Shown here in pieces: positions 59,611 through 64,000 of a stretch of DNA of 64,000 nt. This DNA is from a virus. Taxonomy: Duplodnaviria; Caudoviricetes. Made by a program: the position numbers and the translations under genes. Numbering within the stretch: the stretch's first letter is position 1; each line of letters opens with the position of its first letter. The notes beneath the pieces are model-generated. The model did no database searches and was not told the origin of the DNA. It saw only the letters and a list, made by a program, of their open reading frames with translations. The DNA lies in the IMG/VR virus record IMGVR_UViG_3300009787_000007, positions 22,346 through 86,345 of that record; one strand, given 5' to 3'.

Positions 59611-61272
59611 TTACCACTGTATATTCATTAAATCTGTTCTACTGGCTAATCTATCTAAATCAAAAAATGTCTCTGAATAATCAGCTTGTAATATCTTACT
59701 TCTATTTCTAGCTAAATAATCTTCTTCTCCTAATTCTATCCTTTCTCCTTTCGTTATCATTCCATATGTTGTAGCATATTCTGATAACCATTGTACTGCA
59801 TATGATATACAATCTACAATATCATCTGTAGAGCCTATAGGAAACGATTTAAGCTCTCTCTTTATAGTTTCACAACTAAATGTAGGTTCTATTGAAATAT
59901 CATGCTTTAAAGGGTTATATATGAATATCTTTCTATCTCTAAAATATGGAACTATTGAATTAAATCTCTGTTCCTTATGACCACCAAATAATCTAGGTTC
60001 TATAGCATATATATCTTTAATTTCTCTTTGTAATAATGACATAGCAGCATGTCCATTAGCTCTACGTTCTATACCTACTACAGCTTTAGGATATTTCTTT
60101 TTCATAAGTCTAATAGCATCTAATTGTTCAGGTATTGCACATTGCTTTCTGAACATATCTATTACATAATATTCATCTTCTACTTTACCTACCACTAATC
60201 CAACTGTATAAGAACCTTCTGGTGAATCAGAAAATGATAAATCCCATACTGTAATTAATGCTGTATACTTCTGAGGTTTATCAGTACATTCTTGTAAATA
60301 CTCAGCTTTTAATAAGTTACCATCTGAAGCTGCATCAGGATCTTGTTGATATCTAGTGTTATATATAACAGGATCTTTAGCTTGCATAGCTAGGAATGAA
60401 TCAGGTAATCTCTCTTTATCTAATAACTGATTCTTTATAGTTCTTTTATCATTCCATCCTATAGGTGATATAAATGTTCTCTCAGGATCATACTTCGCTG
60501 GTAATACTAAATTAAACCAATCTTGTTCACCATAATTCCTATTTACATAATCACATATATCTGAACTAGATAATCTTTGCATAACGATAATGATTACATC
60601 AGTATTTACATCGTTACTTCTATTCATGAATGTTTGCTTATACCAATTGTTTACATTCTCTATCTCAACTGGATTATTCGCTTTCTCACTATCTAATATG
60701 TCATCTAGTACAGCTATACTATATCCCATTCCTAATGCTCCAGATGTTGGTGAACCACCTAATATATATCCACCTGCACTAGTATCTATCCTAGTCTTTG
60801 TATTTACATCTGTACTTAAACTGTATTTATAATGTTCCTTGTTCTTTGGATCACACCATCTTTCTTTATATAACGGATGTTCTAATATTCTTCTCGCATA
60901 TACAATATTCTGTATGAATAATTTACTACTATGTGACATTAACCAGAACTTCTCATGTGGATTAGTTATAAATGACCATGTAGGAAAACATATTGAACTT
61001 ATAATAGACTTGCTTGAACGAGGAGGAATTGAAATTGTTAATCTTCTTATCTGTCTAGATAATGCTGCTTGTATGTGTTCTGATATACATTCTATATGCC
61101 AATTATTCTTAAACGCTGCTGGTTCAAATGTATTCCAAAAGTTAATTATATAATCATATAACCTCTTTTCACTCCTTTCATACATGTCTTCCTTTAACAT
61201 CTCTTCTAATAACATTAGGTCTTCATCTAACCTTTCTGTCATTATTTCATTACTTACTTTCTTTCTAACCAT
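59611..61272 (-). CDS. terL: Terminase large subunit
   Basis: Walker A-like IPPRSSKS, Walker B IAVLDD, motif III VMQRL, nuclease WDLSF...SYTVG and DDIVDC. Confidence 0.93.
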   Translation of the reverse strand: MVRKKVSNEIMTERLDEDLMLLEEMLKEDMYERSEKRLYDYIINFWNTFEPAAFKNNWHIECISEHIQAALSRQIRRLTISIPPRSSKSIISSICFPTWSFITNPHEKFWLMSHSSKLFIQNIVYARRILEHPLYKERWCDPKNKEHYKYSLSTDVNTKTRIDTSAGGYILGGSPTSGALGMGYSIAVLDDILDSEKANNPVEIENVNNWYKQTFMNRSNDVNTDVIIIVMQRLSSSDICDYVNRNYGEQDWFNLVLPAKYDPERTFISPIGWNDKRTIKNQLLDKERLPDSFLAMQAKDPVIYNTRYQQDPDAASDGNLLKAEYLQECTDKPQKYTALITVWDLSFSDSPEGSYTVGLVVGKVEDEYYVIDMFRKQCAIPEQLDAIRLMKKKYPKAVVGIERRANGHAAMSLLQREIKDIYAIEPRLFGGHKEQRFNSIVPYFRDRKIFIYNPLKHDISIEPTFSCETIKRELKSFPIGSTDDIVDCISYAVQWLSEYATTYGMITKGERIELGEEDYLARNRSKILQADYSETFFDLDRLASRTDLMNIQW

Positions 61273-61314
61273 ATTATAATCTCTATATAACCTAACTTAC
61301 TTAACTTGATCTCT

Positions 61315-61719
61315 ATGTCTAAATCTGTAACTTACCCTAAACCTGGTTTTGTCTATTTCATAGGTAATATTCAATATAAAATACTTAAAATTGGTTTTAC
61401 TTCTAGAGCAGATATATCTAAACGTATTAAAGAACTTCAAACTGGTTCAGCTTTTATATTGTCTCTGTTTAAAAGTATTAAAGCTAACACTACTTTAGAG
61501 AAATTATATCATAGTGCATTATATAGATATTCACTAAATGCTAACTCAGAGTGGTTTAGATTATGTTTAGATACTGCATACTTTTGTCAACTTAGTGATG
61601 ATATAATCTCTCAATTAACTTTAGATGAACCAGTTAGAAAATATAATAATGATAGTAGTTATAGTAGTTATAGTAGTAATGAATCTTTAACTATAGATGA
61701 TTTATATGCTTATATGTAG
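61315..61719 (+). CDS. GIY-YIG nuclease (T5orf172/MUG113-like)
   Basis: GFVYFIG.....LKIGFT....KRIKELQTG...LEK..H......SEWF. The ATG at 61315 is preferred over the TTG at 61306. Confidence 0.85.
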   Translation: MSKSVTYPKPGFVYFIGNIQYKILKIGFTSRADISKRIKELQTGSAFILSLFKSIKANTTLEKLYHSALYRYSLNANSEWFRLCLDTAYFCQLSDDIISQLTLDEPVRKYNNDSSYSSYSSNESLTIDDLYAYM

Positions 61720-61726
61720 TGATTAA

Positions 61727-62578
61727 CTATACTATTTTATTAGTTACTTCTATATTACTAGTATCTATAGTAATTACTGAATCATCTTTATTTAGATTAG
61801 TTTTATCTGTATTTAATCCTAATTCAGTAATAGTTTTACCTAATTTAGCTGCAATTCTATTTATAGCTGCTGCTCTTTCCTGTGCTGATTTATATTTAGG
61901 TTTACTTTCTAATAAGTCTAATATTTCCTGATCAGTTTTAGGTGCATTATCATATATTTTTCTTTGCAATTTATATATTTCTGATGCTACTGTTACTGCT
62001 TCTTTTAATTCTAATGTAGTTACTCTACTTATATCATCCTTTCTAGTATCACTATTTATATCTTCATTACTATCTAATATATCTCCAAACTTATTCTCTA
62101 TATATCTATCTAGCACTACTCCTAATTTATTACAAGCGCTCATAGCTGCTACTTCAGCTTGATAATTAGCTGTAGTATATAAACTTAACTTCTGTCCTAT
62201 ATTTATATTGTTTACTCTAGCTAAATATGCTTTTCTTAACTTAGTCCATGACTCTCTAGCACCTCTATCTTTAACTGTTTGTAATGCTATTCCATAATCT
62301 TTAGCTATCTGACTATATGTATAATCTTCACTTATCCATATTCCATCTGGTAATTGCTTTCTCTTACCTAATATGTATTTCTCTCTCAATAATGTCCAAT
62401 TTACATCTTGTTCAAAATATACTCTCTTAGCTCCACTTCTTACCATTCTAACTGGTAAGTTTTTCTCTCTAGCAATTTCTGCATCTGTAATTGTTCTATC
62501 TGTTTGTTCAAATAAGTCCAATTCTCCTCTTTCATACTTAGGTGTTGTCTTTCTTGTAGGTCTTCTATATCTTGACAT
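61727..62578 (-). CDS. terS: Terminase small subunit
   Basis: HTH YSQIAKDYGIALQTVKDRGARESWTKLR typical of TerS N-termini, helical body, AGGAG RBS, position upstream of terL. Confidence 0.65.
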   Translation of the reverse strand: MSRYRRPTRKTTPKYERGELDLFEQTDRTITDAEIAREKNLPVRMVRSGAKRVYFEQDVNWTLLREKYILGKRKQLPDGIWISEDYTYSQIAKDYGIALQTVKDRGARESWTKLRKAYLARVNNINIGQKLSLYTTANYQAEVAAMSACNKLGVVLDRYIENKFGDILDSNEDINSDTRKDDISRVTTLELKEAVTVASEIYKLQRKIYDNAPKTDQEILDLLESKPKYKSAQERAAAINRIAAKLGKTITELGLNTDKTNLNKDDSVITIDTSNIEVTNKIV

Positions 62579-62937
62579 TTACTTTCTCCTCTCTCTATTA
62601 CTCTATTTATATCTACTATATTATTAATACTCTCTATCTCTATCCCATATCTGTTATTAATTAAACTCTTATCTATCTTTCTATGCTTTCCATCTCTACT
62701 GAAATATACTACCCTTAATCTGCAATCTCTGTAAAACTCTCTGTAACTTAATACCTGCCCTATTGCATGTTTTATACTGCTTCTCTCTTTAACCTCTATA
62801 ATGTATTTCTCTCTCTCATTACTTATTACTAAATCTATATAACCTACATCTGTCTTTACTTCTCTTATTACTCTGTAACCTCTCTCTCTATAATATTCCT
62901 CTAAACTCTCTTGTACCCATACTTCTTGTATATTCAT
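62440..62937 (-). CDS. PD-(D/E)xK restriction-endonuclease-fold protein
   Basis: EV.T.VG.IDLV......IIEVK......AIGQVL.Y motif. The 3' end overlaps terS by 139 nt. Confidence 0.75.
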   Translation of the reverse strand: MNIQEVWVQESLEEYYRERGYRVIREVKTDVGYIDLVISNEREKYIIEVKERSSIKHAIGQVLSYREFYRDCRLRVVYFSRDGKHRKIDKSLINNRYGIEIESINNIVDINRVIERGESKCQDIEDLQERQHLSMKEENWTYLNKQIEQLQMQKLLERKTYQLEW

Positions 62938-62952
62938 AAGTATATTAACCTA

Positions 62953-62981
62953 TTGACTTTTTTACACTTCTATGGTATAAT
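62953..62981 (+). promoter_or_regulatory. Near-consensus sigma70 promoter with extended -10, antisense to the upstream gene
   Basis: TTGACT (62953-58), 17-nt spacer, TG at 62973-74, TATAAT (62976-81). Confidence 0.7.
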
Positions 62982-62987
62982 ACCTAA

Positions 62988-63401
62988 CTATATTAATGGT
63001 GATTCTTCTGTATCATCCAGATGTAATTTAGATTTATCTAGTTTATTCTTAAAGCTTATAGGTAATACTGGATTCTTTATTCTATTTCTATTTGGATTAT
63101 TAAATTGTTGTTTACCTTTATCTCTTATTTCTGCTTTATTTACATACTTTTCTCTAAAGTTATTTAATTTCTTAGATGCTTCAGTTAATTTAGTTGTATC
63201 TCCATCTCTATATTCTAATGGCTTATCACTATCTAATGGTAGTGCATTTATATTAGGTGTCTTTGTTACTTGCTTTGTCCATGAGTTACTTCCTGAATCT
63301 TGCTCACTATCATAACTGTAAGCAAAGTTTATATTTCTATTTAATCTTCTATTCACTAATGTTCTAGCTCTGTGTCTGCTAATTACTATGCTTTCTCTCA
63401 T
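62988..63401 (-). CDS. Hydrophilic hypothetical protein with Arg-rich leader ending in NINF
   Basis: 137 aa, genome-typical codon use. Confidence 0.65.
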   Translation of the reverse strand: MRESIVISRHRARTLVNRRLNRNINFAYSYDSEQDSGSNSWTKQVTKTPNINALPLDSDKPLEYRDGDTTKLTEASKKLNNFREKYVNKAEIRDKGKQQFNNPNRNRIKNPVLPISFKNKLDKSKLHLDDTEESPLI

Positions 63402-63574
63402 AATGTTACTTGTCTTAGTTTATGTTTCTATCTTATCTTTATTTCTATATTTTATCTTATTCTCTGTATTATACTGTACTTATTTTAGGTAGTTTCACTT
63501 TCTATGTCTTTTATATGGATATATTATGACTTTTGTATGTCAAGCCAACTTTCTAACCATATAAACTCCTCTTA

Positions 63575-63602
63575 TACGTAATTCTACTTACGTAATTCTA
63601 CT
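63575..63602. repeat. 2 x 14-bp tandem repeat TACGTAATTCTACT
   Basis: Exact tandem duplication in non-coding DNA. Confidence 0.9.
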
Positions 63603-63794
63603 TAAAAAGTGTTCGGTTAACCATACTTAGCTATTACAGATAGTTGCAAACATAGACTACTTAGACATTACAGACTATTGCAGATATGCTAGAAGCTAGA
63701 CAGTGTAAGGGTTGTAGATATGTGTAAAGGAAATATGCGGTGTAAATAGTAGGAATCCTGTTTCCCCTAAGTACCTTTAAAGGATTCTTACACT

Positions 63795-63946
63795 AGCTAC
63801 AATCTAATCCTATAATCTAATCTAATATAAACTAAACTAATCTATTAAGCTACAATCTAATCCTAGACTATTGCATATTAGCTACAATCCTGATAGTGTA
63901 AGGATTACAGATATATGCAATAACAATAACTACTTTAGCTACAATC
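63795..63946. repeat. Four direct repeats of AGCTACAATC (iteron-like)
   Basis: Copies at 63795, 63848, 63880 and 63937; the first two extend to 18 bp (AGCTACAATCTAATCCTA). Confidence 0.85.
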
Positions 63947-63983
63947 ATTTAAGTATATTGAATATCTGTATATCTCTAGCCAT

Positions 63984-63999
63984 TGTGATCCGGATCACA
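63984..63999. promoter_or_regulatory. Perfect 16-bp palindrome matching the CRP-family box TGTGA-N6-TCACA
   Basis: TGTGATCCGGATCACA. Confidence 0.55.
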
Positions 64000-64000
64000 C

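Noticed and set aside
62911-63315. 134-aa plus-strand ORF as the target of the 62953 promoter
   Set aside because: It starts upstream of the promoter and is the antisense shadow of the 137-aa gene.
63540-63570. AGGAG-led mini-ORF MVRKLA sharing its first 12 nt with terL
   Set aside because: Only six codons, and the identity is too short to distinguish from chance.
63795-63946. CRISPR array
   Set aside because: Repeats are only 10-18 bp with irregular spacing, and no cas genes are present.

Overview
This window is part of a very AT-rich (roughly 25% GC by eye) tailed dsDNA phage, read in the standard genetic code. It covers mostly the virion morphogenesis region, encoded largely on the minus strand. 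Recognisable genes: TerS, TerL, a DUF935/Mu-gp29-like portal (displaced about 49 kb from TerL), a MuF/SPP1-gp7 minor head protein, a Mu-gpI-like prohead protease, a probable scaffold, a decoration protein, a lambda-gpE-like major capsid protein, neck genes, a tail assembly chaperone with a clear -1 frameshift, a 2131-aa TP901-type tape measure, many LamG/Ig/propeller fibre proteins, RuvC, a GIY-YIG nuclease, a PD-(D/E)xK nuclease, an HU-like protein and a TM+GAF candidate holin. I see no polymerase, helicase, integrase, endolysin, tail sheath, tRNA or CRISPR array, and the first CDS runs off the left edge. The most striking feature is an approximately 7.6-kb cluster of glycine-zipper proteins between the protease and the scaffold. 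These proteins look like tandem polyproteins punctuated by a recurring [FY][SN]-x(3-12)-A[NEKDT]F linker. The same motif lies at both ends of the protease and in the scaffold, MuF and the capsid C-terminus. My inference is that the head protease cuts virion-packaged polyproteins into membrane-active modules. All family assignments come from motif recognition by eye; no database searches were run.
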